Source: Bacteroidaceae bacterium | GTDB taxonomy: Bacteria > Bacteroidota > Bacteroidia > Bacteroidales > Bacteroidaceae | Direction of reading: 5' to 3' | Assembly (NCBI GenBank): GCA_045661085.1 | Contig: JAZRFA010000099.1 | Span: 1-57,252 of the forward strand | Length of the DNA stretch: 57,252 nt | In this document: positions 1 to 9,200 of the stretch, one piece after another | Position numbering within the stretch: the first letter of the stretch is position 1 | How the letters are laid out: each line of letters begins with the position of its first letter | Notes under the pieces: generated by a model | The model's input: only the letters and a program-made list of their open reading frames with translations | What the model was told of the DNA's origin: nothing | Database searches by the model: none | Program-made: the position numbers and the translations under genes

Positions 1-179
1 ACAGTAGCCACGAGGGCATACCAGTTTGCTCCCAAAAACTCACACACCATGTTGTACCCCTCGCCAGAGAAGAGTGCAACAGCATTCATTGCCATGTGAA
101 ATGTCAAGAAAAGGATGAGGCCAAGTCCTGAAACGCTCATCACCAACTTTCTTCCGATGGATGAATCAATTAACCACAT
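1..179 (-). CDS. frdC: succinate dehydrogenase/fumarate reductase cytochrome b subunit, first 59 codons (gene runs off the window start)
   Basis: Not in the ORF track because it is truncated. The reverse complement from ATG 179-177 reads MWLIDSSIGRKLVMSVSGLGLILFLTFHMAMNAVALFSGEGYNMVCEFLGANWYALVAT. I recognise this as the Bacteroidales-type Frd/Sdh cytochrome b N-terminus (TM helix with a His). Confidence 0.75.
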   Translation of the reverse strand, partial: MWLIDSSIGRKLVMSVSGLGLILFLTFHMAMNAVALFSGEGYNMVCEFLGANWYALVAT

Positions 180-369
180 AAATGTTTAGTTTTTAAAGAA
201 TTAAGTTATTAATAAATGTTTATAGTTTTCGATTGATGGCAAATTTAGTTAAAAAGATGCAATAAACAAGCCAAAAACATAAGTTTTCGCCCTTTTATAT
301 AAAAATAGGTGAGAAACGACGGAGAGAATGGAAAAAATGTGTATTTTCGCAGAAAATATGTTTAGCCCT

Positions 370-804
370 ATGTTGAAAGTAGAAATCATAAACCGTTCGC
401 ACCACGCACTGCCTACCTATGCGACACCCTTGTCGGCAGGTATGGATTTGCGTGCTAACCTCACTGAACCCATCGTACTGAAACCCCTCGCACGCTGCAT
501 CGTGCCCACAGGACTCTTCATCGCCCTGCCCGAAGGGTATGAGGCACAGGTACGCCCACGCAGCGGACTGGCCATCAAGAAGGGTATCACCGTACTCAAC
601 TCGCCCGGCACCGTGGATGCCGACTATCGTGGAGAGGTGGGCGTGATCCTGGTGAACCTCTCATCGGAAGACTTCGTCATCGAAGATGGCGAGCGTATAG
701 CACAGATGGTCATTGCACGCCACGAACAGGTGGAGTGGGAGGCCGTGGAAGTACTCAGCGAGACAGAGCGCGGTGCCGGTGGATTCGGGCATACGGGAGT
801 GTGA
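370..804 (+). CDS. dut: dUTP diphosphatase (dUTPase)
   Basis: ORF 328..804 carries the dUTPase motifs [24 protein letters not shown] and [14 protein letters not shown] 370 (MLKVEI...) gives the usual ~144 aa. ATG 328 or 358 are possible alternative starts. Confidence 0.9.
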   Translation: MLKVEIINRSHHALPTYATPLSAGMDLRANLTEPIVLKPLARCIVPTGLFIALPEGYEAQVRPRSGLAIKKGITVLNSPGTVDADYRGEVGVILVNLSSEDFVIEDGERIAQMVIARHEQVEWEAVEVLSETERGAGGFGHTGV

Positions 805-808
805 TTTT

Positions 809-970
809 AAATTGAAAATTGAGAATTGAAAGTTCGTGCAAGCGCCGACGCGGTATGGAAGCGTCGGTTGCGACGATGGAAACTTCAGTTTCCCAAAGGA
901 GTTTCAAGATCACTTGTAGTCTCTCAGCGAGCGAAGCCGAAGTTCGACGAAGTCAAAATTGAAAATTATC
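809..970. repeat. intergenic repeat block: AATTGAAAATTGAGAATTGAAA motif at both ends (809-833, 953-970) flanking an AGCGAGCGAAG-type core
   Basis: Same motif families recur at 4872-4890, 36895-36960, 39361-39522, 40150-40200, 40374-40404, 48015-48175 and 49984-50045. Confidence 0.55.
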
Positions 971-2716
971 GTGCATCGTTTTAGGCATATCCTATTGATC
1001 CTCTTCATTGTGCTGTTCTCTTCGTGTGGGGCGGCACGCAAGGCGACTTTGCCCGAGAAGAAGGGAGAGGTGGTGCTATCAAGCTCCGACCAGCGCAAGT
1101 ATGAATATTACTTCCTCGAAGCACTGCGCTTGGAGCATCAGGGCCGCTATGATGAGGCCTACGAGATGCTGCAACATTGTTTGGCGATATGCCCCGCAGC
1201 GCCATCGGCACAGCACAAGTTGGCCAGCTACCATTTTGCTTTCAATGAGAAGGATAAGGCCGCTGCGGCATTGCTGGCGGCTGTGGATGGCGCCCCCGAC
1301 AATTATTGGTATCGTAAGTCGTTGGTGTCATACTATCAAGGCAGTCGCGAGTATGATAAGGCAATAACCGTCATTGAGGAGATGCAAGAGCTGTTCCCAA
1401 AACGCAATGGTGAGCTGCTGCCTGCCTTGGTGGGGTTGTACAATCATACGGGACAGTACGACAAGGTGATTGATGCCCTTTCCCGTCTCGAACTCCTTAC
1501 GGGTAAGTCCGAAGCCATCAGTATGGAGAAGGTGCGCAACTACTTGCTTATGGGCAATTCTGAGGATGCTTTCAGCGAGGTCGAGGCATTGGCTGCTGAG
1601 TACCCCGACAATAGCTATTATCGTGTTGTGCTTGCCGAGGTGTATATGGATTATGGACGCGTAGCCGAAGCGGAACCCATCCTTCAGAAGGTGCTCACCG
1701 AAGAACCCGACAACGGAGCGGCTAGGATAACTCTTGCACAGTATTACAATCAGACCAACGACACCACACGCTTCTTGGCTATGGTCGACTCGATAATGAT
1801 GTCAGTTGGGGTGAACGAAGACTTTAAAATAAACTTGATGACGCAACTCATCAAAGAGAATAGGGATAGTGTATGGTTGATGAATCTCTTCGAGCGGGCC
1901 ATCGCTCTTCCTCAGCAGTCGGCTCGTCTCGGGCACCTGTGTGCGCAGTATATGCTACACCTGCAGCAGCCCGAGGAGCGCATACGCCCCATCCTGTTGC
2001 GTATGCTTGAGGTTGAGCCCGACCACATTCCTGCACGTAGCCAACTGCTTTCCTATGCTGCCCAGCGCAACGATGTGGAGGAAATGGTGGCTATCTGTTC
2101 CGAGGGCATCGACTATAATCCCGAAGTGCTCGAATACTATTATTATAAAGGTATAGGCTTGTGCTACTACTTGGACCGTCCCGATGAGGCGTTGGATATT
2201 CTCCGTCAGGCCACCAGACAGATTACCGAGGGGAGCAATGCCCAGATGGTGTCAGACATCTATACCGCTATGGGTAATATCTTGCAAGACGCTGGTAAGA
2301 TGTCCGAGGCCTACGCCTGCTACGATTCGGCCCTGGAGTATACCCCGGACAATATCCTGGTGCTCAACAACTATGCCTATTTCCTTGCCGTTGAGGGACG
2401 CGATCTCGAGAAAGCCGAGCACATGAGTCGCCGTGCCATCGAGGCCGAGCCCGGCAATGCCACCTACCTTGATACCTACGCCTGGGTGATGTATATGCTA
2501 CAGCGCTACGATGAGGCGCTCACCTATATCACGCGAGCCTTCGAGGCTGATTCGCAGCCGAGTGCCGAGCTCTACGAGCACGCAGGCGACATCCACTTCC
2601 GTTTGGGCAATGTCTCGCAAGCGCTTCAGTATTGGCGCAAGGCTCTCGACCAGAAACGCGAGGCCGGCGAGGTAGATAAAGATTTGGAAAAGAAGATAAA
2701 GAGCAAAAAATTATAA
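959..2716 (+). CDS. TPR-repeat lipoprotein
   Basis: 585-aa ORF. The track start is TTG 959, with GTG 971 as an alternative and no ATG nearby. Lipoprotein-type signal LFIVLFSSCG. The body is degenerate 34-aa TPR-like helix pairs (e.g. YYFLEALRLEHQGRYDEAYEMLQHCLAICP, AYACYDSALEYTPDN). Confidence 0.8.
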   Translation: MKIIVHRFRHILLILFIVLFSSCGAARKATLPEKKGEVVLSSSDQRKYEYYFLEALRLEHQGRYDEAYEMLQHCLAICPAAPSAQHKLASYHFAFNEKDKAAAALLAAVDGAPDNYWYRKSLVSYYQGSREYDKAITVIEEMQELFPKRNGELLPALVGLYNHTGQYDKVIDALSRLELLTGKSEAISMEKVRNYLLMGNSEDAFSEVEALAAEYPDNSYYRVVLAEVYMDYGRVAEAEPILQKVLTEEPDNGAARITLAQYYNQTNDTTRFLAMVDSIMMSVGVNEDFKINLMTQLIKENRDSVWLMNLFERAIALPQQSARLGHLCAQYMLHLQQPEERIRPILLRMLEVEPDHIPARSQLLSYAAQRNDVEEMVAICSEGIDYNPEVLEYYYYKGIGLCYYLDRPDEALDILRQATRQITEGSNAQMVSDIYTAMGNILQDAGKMSEAYACYDSALEYTPDNILVLNNYAYFLAVEGRDLEKAEHMSRRAIEAEPGNATYLDTYAWVMYMLQRYDEALTYITRAFEADSQPSAELYEHAGDIHFRLGNVSQALQYWRKALDQKREAGEVDKDLEKKIKSKKL

Positions 2717-2730
2717 CACACACAATTCCT

Positions 2731-3561
2731 ATGAAAAAACTTCAAGGTACATATCTCGTGGCAGCAGTGCTGCTCTTCACCCTTGCCTTCACGGGCTGTC
2801 GTTCATCACGTCAGGCAGGCTCTTCTGCCGCCTTCACCAAGAGACAGCGTACCGAGCTGCTTACCCCTTTGGCGCAATATCCTGTTGACGTGCAGTATAT
2901 GAGTGCCAAGACTACCATTGCACTTAACTACAATGGTCTGTCGGCAACCGTAAAGGGCAAGCTGCGTATGCGTCGCGACGAAGTGGTACAGATGAGCATC
3001 ACCGCTCTCGGACTGATGGAGATTGCCAGCATTGAATTCACCCCCAAGGCCGCCTATATCATCGACCGGGTGAATAGGCGGTATGCCGTGCTTGACTACT
3101 CATCGGGGCTTCTGCAGAGTATTGGCGCCAACTTCGGCACTGTGCAGGATCTCTTCTGGAACCGCCTTTTCATCCCTGGCGAAGAGGAGGTGTGGAACAA
3201 GACCGAGGATTTCACCATCACCGATGCCGGTACGCAATGTGTCGTAGAGCCTAGCCGTCAGCGCATGCTCAAGTGCAAGTTCTACACCGATACCGACTTC
3301 GGGCAGCTGCAACAGACTAATCTCAATCTCCAGCACTATGCCGCCACATGGCGTTATGGGCAGTTTGAGACAATCGGTAACTACACCTATCCTGCGATGC
3401 ACGATGTCTCAGTGAGTGGTTCGTCGCGTGCCGTAGGCGCTCGCATTGGCCTTACCGATATTTCCACTCTCGATACGGGTTCTCAGAACACTACCAACCT
3501 CAGCAACTACAAGCAGGTAGACCTCGAGCAACTGTTGTCGATACTCAATATGCTTAAGTGA
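2731..3561 (+). CDS. DUF4292-like (LolB-fold) outer-membrane lipoprotein
   Basis: 276-aa ORF with lipobox LAFTGCRS. Its position between the TPR protein and the M23 protein is a synteny I recall as conserved in Bacteroidales. The family name is from memory only. Confidence 0.55.
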   Translation: MKKLQGTYLVAAVLLFTLAFTGCRSSRQAGSSAAFTKRQRTELLTPLAQYPVDVQYMSAKTTIALNYNGLSATVKGKLRMRRDEVVQMSITALGLMEIASIEFTPKAAYIIDRVNRRYAVLDYSSGLLQSIGANFGTVQDLFWNRLFIPGEEEVWNKTEDFTITDAGTQCVVEPSRQRMLKCKFYTDTDFGQLQQTNLNLQHYAATWRYGQFETIGNYTYPAMHDVSVSGSSRAVGARIGLTDISTLDTGSQNTTNLSNYKQVDLEQLLSILNMLK

Positions 3562-3562
3562 C

Positions 3563-4825
3563 ATGAATCGTCTTCTCGTCTTCTTTGCTCTATCGTTTCT
3601 TCTCGCCACTGCCTACGGACAGACCAATCCGAAGGTGGCCGAGATGGAGAGCCAGCGCAGCAAGCTCGAGCAGCAAATCAGCGAGTCGAAGCAACTGCTC
3701 ACCACTGCTGAGAAGGATACCGAGAGCCAGTTGCAGGCCCTCTCGGCCCTGACTGCGCAGTTCAAGAAGCAGCAGCAGCTTGTCGATAGGCTGGATGCCG
3801 ATGTTCGTGCCACCGACCGCGAGCTAAAGAGTATCGGGGAGCAGATTACTACCTTGCAGGCCGAGCTTGACCGTTGTCGCGAGCACTATGCTCACGCCCT
3901 ACGTCTGATGACGGCCAAGAACTCCTTCGAGAACCGTCTGATGTTCCTCCTCTCGGCCGATTCGTTCAACCAGATGGTGCGCCGCCTGCGCTATCTGCGC
4001 GAGTACTCCACCTATCAGCAGAAGCAGGGCGAGGAGCTGATGGCCAAGCAGGAGGAACTGAACCGCAAGCGTGCCGAGCTGGAGCATACACGCAAGGCCA
4101 AGCAGGCCCTTCTCGCCAAGCGCATAGCAGAAAAGAAAGAGCTCGACCTCCGCAAGGCCGAGCAGCAGAAGCTTGTGGGCTCGCTCAAGAAAAAGCAGAA
4201 GGAGATACGCGACCGCATAGCCCGCCAGCAGAAGGAGCGCAACAAACTGAACGAGGAGATCAACCGCATCATCGAAGCCGAGATAGCTGCCCGCAACGCC
4301 GAGCAACAGAAGGCTGAAGGCAAGGCCGACGAAGCATCCGCTTCTACCCAGCCGTCGGGCAAGGCCATGCCCGCCTACCGCCAGAACGCGGCCGACAAGA
4401 AACTCTCCGGCTCCTTCGAAAGCAACAAGGGTCGCCTCCCCGTACCCATCACCGGTCCCTATCTGGTGACCTCGCACTATGGAGTCAACTACGTAGAGGG
4501 GCTCAAGAATGTGAAGTACAACAATAACGGTGTCGATATCCGTGGCCAGCAGAACTGTCAGGCACGAGCCGTCTTCGATGGTACCGTGTCGTTCATCTTC
4601 GAACATCCGCAGATACAGGGATCATACATCGTAATGATACGCCACGGGCAATACATCTCGGCCTACTTCAACCTCACCTCGCTGAAGGTGAAGAAGGGCG
4701 ACAAGGTGAAGACCAACGAACCTTTGGGCCTCGTCCGCCCCGATGCTTCGGGTAACTGCACTATGCAGTTCCAGCTTCGCAAGGACACCCAAAGTCTCAA
4801 CCCCGAACAATGGGTGGCGTTGTAG
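3563..4825 (+). CDS. M23/LytM-domain protein with long coiled coil (EnvC-like murein hydrolase activator)
   Basis: Signal peptide MNRLLVFFALSFLLATAYGQ, then ~230 aa of Q/E/K/L-rich coiled coil and a C-terminal LytM fold (GVDIRG...IVMIRHGQYISAYFNL...GDKVKTNEPLG). The metal-ligand positions look substituted, as in non-catalytic EnvC. Confidence 0.8.
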   Translation: MNRLLVFFALSFLLATAYGQTNPKVAEMESQRSKLEQQISESKQLLTTAEKDTESQLQALSALTAQFKKQQQLVDRLDADVRATDRELKSIGEQITTLQAELDRCREHYAHALRLMTAKNSFENRLMFLLSADSFNQMVRRLRYLREYSTYQQKQGEELMAKQEELNRKRAELEHTRKAKQALLAKRIAEKKELDLRKAEQQKLVGSLKKKQKEIRDRIARQQKERNKLNEEINRIIEAEIAARNAEQQKAEGKADEASASTQPSGKAMPAYRQNAADKKLSGSFESNKGRLPVPITGPYLVTSHYGVNYVEGLKNVKYNNNGVDIRGQQNCQARAVFDGTVSFIFEHPQIQGSYIVMIRHGQYISAYFNLTSLKVKKGDKVKTNEPLGLVRPDASGNCTMQFQLRKDTQSLNPEQWVAL

Positions 4826-4889
4826 GGTTTACTGTGTAGAGTTTAGTGTTTATAGTTGCCATTCGGATGGTTAATTCTCAATTCTCTCA

Positions 4890-5756
4890 ATGAAATCCAT
4901 AGAACATCTCCTCACCCAAGTCGTGCGTGAGCTCACTACCCCCGAGCCTGCTAATGCGCCCCTCTGCCATCATGCCGATGGCCACCCCTTGCCCTCGCTC
5001 GCAACCCTAGCCGAGGTCGTTGACCTCTGCCGTGCCATCCTCTTCCCCGGTTACTTCGGTCACTCCGGCATCAGCAGCCACACCATAGCCTATCACACGG
5101 GAGTCAACGTCGAGAACCTCTACCACAAGCTCGTCGGTCAGGTGAAGGCCGGACTCTGCTTTGCCGATAAGAGCGAGTGCTCCCGGGGCGAAGCCGAGCG
5201 CATCGTCAGCCAGTTCGTCAGCCGTCTGCCCCAGCTGCGCCGCCTCCTTGCCACCGATGTGGTGGCTGCCTACGAGGGCGACCCTGCCGCCACCAGCTAT
5301 GGCGAGGTCATCAGCTGCTACCCGGCCATACGCGCCATCACGGGCTACCGCATAGCCCACGAGCTGCATCTCTTGGGCGTACCCCTCATCCCCCGCATCA
5401 TCACCGAGATGGCCCATAGCGAGACGGGCATCGACATACACCCTGCCGCCACCATCGGCAGCCACTTCACCATCGACCATGGCACAGGTGTCGTCATTGG
5501 TGCCACCAGTATCCTCGGCAACCACGTAAAGCTCTACCAGGGTGTCACCCTCGGTGCCAAGAGCTTCCCTCTCGACGAGCAGGGCAACCCTATCAAGGGT
5601 ATCGACCGCCATCCCATCCTCGGCGACAATGTCATCGTGTACAGCAACAGCACCATCCTTGGGCGCATCACCATCGGCCACGATGCTGTCATCGGTGGCA
5701 ACGTGTGGGTTACCGAAGATGTTGCCCCTGGAGCCAAGGTACTACAACGCCGCTGA
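4890..5756 (+). CDS. cysE: serine O-acetyltransferase
   Basis: 288 aa. N-terminal SATase helical domain plus left-handed hexapeptide repeats (GTGVVIGATSILGNHVKLYQGVTLG...ILGDNVIVYSNSTILGRITIGHDAVIGGNVWV). Confidence 0.85.
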   Translation: MKSIEHLLTQVVRELTTPEPANAPLCHHADGHPLPSLATLAEVVDLCRAILFPGYFGHSGISSHTIAYHTGVNVENLYHKLVGQVKAGLCFADKSECSRGEAERIVSQFVSRLPQLRRLLATDVVAAYEGDPAATSYGEVISCYPAIRAITGYRIAHELHLLGVPLIPRIITEMAHSETGIDIHPAATIGSHFTIDHGTGVVIGATSILGNHVKLYQGVTLGAKSFPLDEQGNPIKGIDRHPILGDNVIVYSNSTILGRITIGHDAVIGGNVWVTEDVAPGAKVLQRR

Positions 5757-5883
5757 GGCCATTTCCGTGCTTCGCAATCGGATAGAAAAAACGAAGCTCT
5801 GCCGATGCCCCTATATATAATAGGTATATATGTATAGGTGCGACGTGTGCCCCTATGCCAATGTATTGTGCGTCAGGGGTTTC

Positions 5884-5917
5884 TTTGTGTGATGTAAAAA
5901 AATATAAAATATCTTTG
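5884..5917 (+). promoter_or_regulatory. candidate Bacteroidetes promoter (TTTG-N22-TAtcTTTG) upstream of giant gene 1
   Basis: TTTG at 5884-5887 and TATCTTTG at 5910-5917. The spacing is one nt longer than the usual 19-21. It would give a ~360-nt leader. Confidence 0.3.
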
Positions 5918-6139
5918 TCATACTAAAAAAAATCTCTAATTTTACTCCGACACTCCCTTCTTTACGCGAATCGGGTGGGTAAATTATTGTATTACAGCAA
6001 TTTGGCTGATGGTGCGCAGGGGATTGACTATGTCTGTTTCTTGTGGCATTTGTTGACAGTTATGCTATGCGTGCGTAGCAAAAAAGAGAAAGTGAAGAAT
6101 GGTGAAGAAAAAAATACACCTATATATAATATATAAACA

Positions 6140-6284
6140 AAAAATAGTATGAACCTTTAAAACGATTAAAACTACGAAACAGACAGTGAAGACAGACGAT
6201 CACAACACACGGAACAGCGATGCCTCATGAGGTGTCCGTTCGCAGCACAAGGAAAACTAATTTATTTATTTTAATATTTAAGTC
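6140..6284 (+). promoter_or_regulatory. conserved 5' leader of giant gene 1 (paralogous to 15975-16136)
   Basis: Shared blocks are TAGTAT, ACGAAACAGA, GACAGAC and ACACAGGAAACA. A small stem-loop (6219-6236) is centred ~58 nt before the ATG, followed by AAAACTAA...TTTATTTATT. Confidence 0.5.
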
Positions 6285-9200
6285 ATGAGAAAATTAACTT
6301 TATTTTTCACAACGTTATTCCTATCCGTAGGAATGGCGTGGGCGCAGACGGCAACGTTGGAGGTATCCACTAATGTGGAGAATCCAGAGTTCCTGTATGA
6401 GCTTAGGAATGCCAATAATGTATGGATGGCTTCAAATACTGCTCCTACTCAAAACAACATTGCGTCTTTCGCTTTCTTTGGCACTGACAATGCCAATTTT
6501 TATAAAATCTATAGCTTCGACAAAAAGCAGTGGGTGTCTTATGACAAGTCAAACGGCAGCGCTGACTGCAGAGATTTCGTAAAGTTTGCTGACTCACAAG
6601 ATGCCGCAAACGCATGGAAGATTACCGAAGTAACCCGTGATGGGAATGCTGTATACCAGATTCAGCCGCAAAATAATGACGGTTCGGTGTCTAATAGATA
6701 CATGAACTGGAATGGCGGCGTTGCTACTAATGGTTGGGCATATACCTATGACGACACCAAAACCGTTGGTCTTTGGAGCGACAACGCGTCTTCGGACAAA
6801 GGCTCTGCATGGATATTGAGCGAGAAAGTCGTATCTCTCTCAGATGCTGCCGAGTTTGTAAATGGCGACATTTACACATTCGAAACAACACGTGGTTGGA
6901 TGGGTGCAAAGGCTGATAACGACTATGTTGTTTCTACAGTATATGGTGGTAACAACATTCCTGCAGCTGATGTGAAGAGAACCAATCCCTACTTCCAGTG
7001 GACAGTGTATAAGTCGGATAACGACAAGTACTACCTCTACAACATCGGTAAGGGCCAGTTCATGGGCGTTGAGAGCAACAACAACACGGCTGTGCCTTTT
7101 GTTGCAACTCCTGCCGGATTGGGGTTGACCTTCAAAAAGTCAAGCAACACAAATTACCCCATCATGTTCTCAACAGACAACAAGGCTGTTGTGAACCACT
7201 CGGGCAATCATCAATATGGTCTTATCTCTTGGACCGATGGTTGGAATACCCTTAATGACGGTGGTAGCAACCACAAGGTTGTGAAGGTTGGTGTTCTCGA
7301 CGAGACTACTCTTTCTACAATAGTAGATCTTGTTGCTAATTATGAAGAAACTGCAATACTCAAAATGCCCGAGGCCGGTAAGTATTACCGCATCATGGCT
7401 GTTGAGGGTTGGAACGATGATGCACGCTATCTTGGTTCTAAGAACTCTACAGTAAATACCAGTCGTGCTGAATATGTTGCCAACGCTGATGCATACACCA
7501 TTTTCTATTTTGATGGCAACTATTTGAAGTCATACGCAACGGGCAACTATCTCGTGAGCAATAGCAACTTCCTTGGTTACAATGGCGTTCAGGCTACGGG
7601 CTCTAAGATTGGTTTCAAAGAAGACTCAAACGTAGCAGGTGTTTATAACATCAGCTTTAACGACGGTGGCCGTTGGTTGTATGTCCACCAGAACAACTAC
7701 ACCGATGCTGGTAGTAGCGCAGAAAATAAGAATGGTTACCGCTTCAACATCGAGGAGGTAACACAGCTTCCTGTAGCTCAAGGTGGTAACACAGTTTACT
7801 ATACCCTTACTGATGCTAAAGCTAATGTTAAGGCCGGCGAGACACTTACATTGTTTGTCGACACCGACGAGACAATAGAACTCCCAATTGGTGTAATCCT
7901 TGACAAGAACGGCCATACAGCCGATAACGTAACAGTTGCAACTCCTGTTGCCAAGGTTGGTGAGGCTGAGTACGCTTCTCTCGCTGCAGCAATTAAGGCT
8001 GCTTCAGCTGGTGCAACAATCACTTTTGTTGACAATATCAAAGAGAGCGTTACACTCAGCAAGAACGTAACCATCGACGGTGCAGGCAAGACTTACACCG
8101 GTACAATGTCTGCAAACAATGCTTTGACAGTTACTGTGCAGAATGTGCACTTTGTCAATGGTGGTTTTGCAAAGAATAATAGCGGTACAAGCGGCACTTA
8201 TACCATCAAGGATTGTACATTCGATGGCGAGGGTAAATATGCTTATCCTGTTTTGGCAAGTAATATTGGAACTCTCAATGTAGAGAACTGTACTGTCAAG
8301 GACTACCAGTATGGTTTCCTTTACGTTAAAAAACAATCAACAAAAGTTTCTGTGAAGAGCGTAACAGTTGAAAACTGTCCTAACTATGCCGTTTACTTCG
8401 CTTCAGGTGTAACTACTGCTACATTTGAGAATTTGACGGTGAAGAACTCTGGTAGTGGTTTCGTTATCAATAACGCTGCAAACAGAAGCCTCACCATCAA
8501 GAATTGCAAGATGGAGAATGTCACTACTGCCATCAACCACTTTAAAGGTACATCTGCCATCACAGCCAATGTTCAGGGTCAGAATAACTTTGGCGCAGCT
8601 GTGTTGAGCCAGTATGCCAAGTGTGTTCTTGCCGAAGATGCTACTTTGGCTGCTACAACAGCAGGCTTGAATGTTACTACTAACGTCGAGGGCAAAGAGG
8701 TGGTTTACCAGGGTGGTACATACTCAGTTGCAGTAAAGAGAGACCCCGCAGGTTCAGTCGCTTATCGTGCAGACGTTACCGACAAGGAGGACCGCGAGGG
8801 TATCGCTATCCTCTTGAAGGATCCTTATGCAAAGAAGTCTCTTGTAGTAAAGGTATACAATGGTGAGACATTGATGTTCACATGTACCCGTCGCGACATC
8901 GACGATGAGGGCAAGGTGATGTTCCCTGTAACTGCTAATACTACAGCCAACATCGTTCTCTCGGGTAAGGAATCAGGTTCTTGGATCAATGAAATTCACG
9001 TAGCTCCTACAGAACTCAATGTTCCCAACAGAGTTGAGATCTGGGCTGACGAAGTATTGGTTCAGAACTACACTCACGAGAGCGGTACCATTCTTGGTTC
9101 TAACCTCGAGAAGTACCTCGCTTTGGCATGCGTGAAGAAGTTCGACGCTAAGATTGGCAACGCAGGTTACGAAACATTGGCTGCTGCTATCGAGGATGCA

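Noticed and set aside
3899-5681. Minus-strand ORFs 3899-4606 and 5007-5681, and internal plus-strand ORFs, overlapping the M23 and cysE genes
   Set aside because: They are shadow ORFs of confidently identified genes with no motifs of their own.
6049-6085. E. coli-like TTGACA-N17-TAGCAA sigma-70 promoter upstream of giant gene 1
   Set aside because: Bacteroidota primary sigma factors use TTTG / TAnnTTTG rather than the -35/-10 consensus, so this match is probably coincidental.
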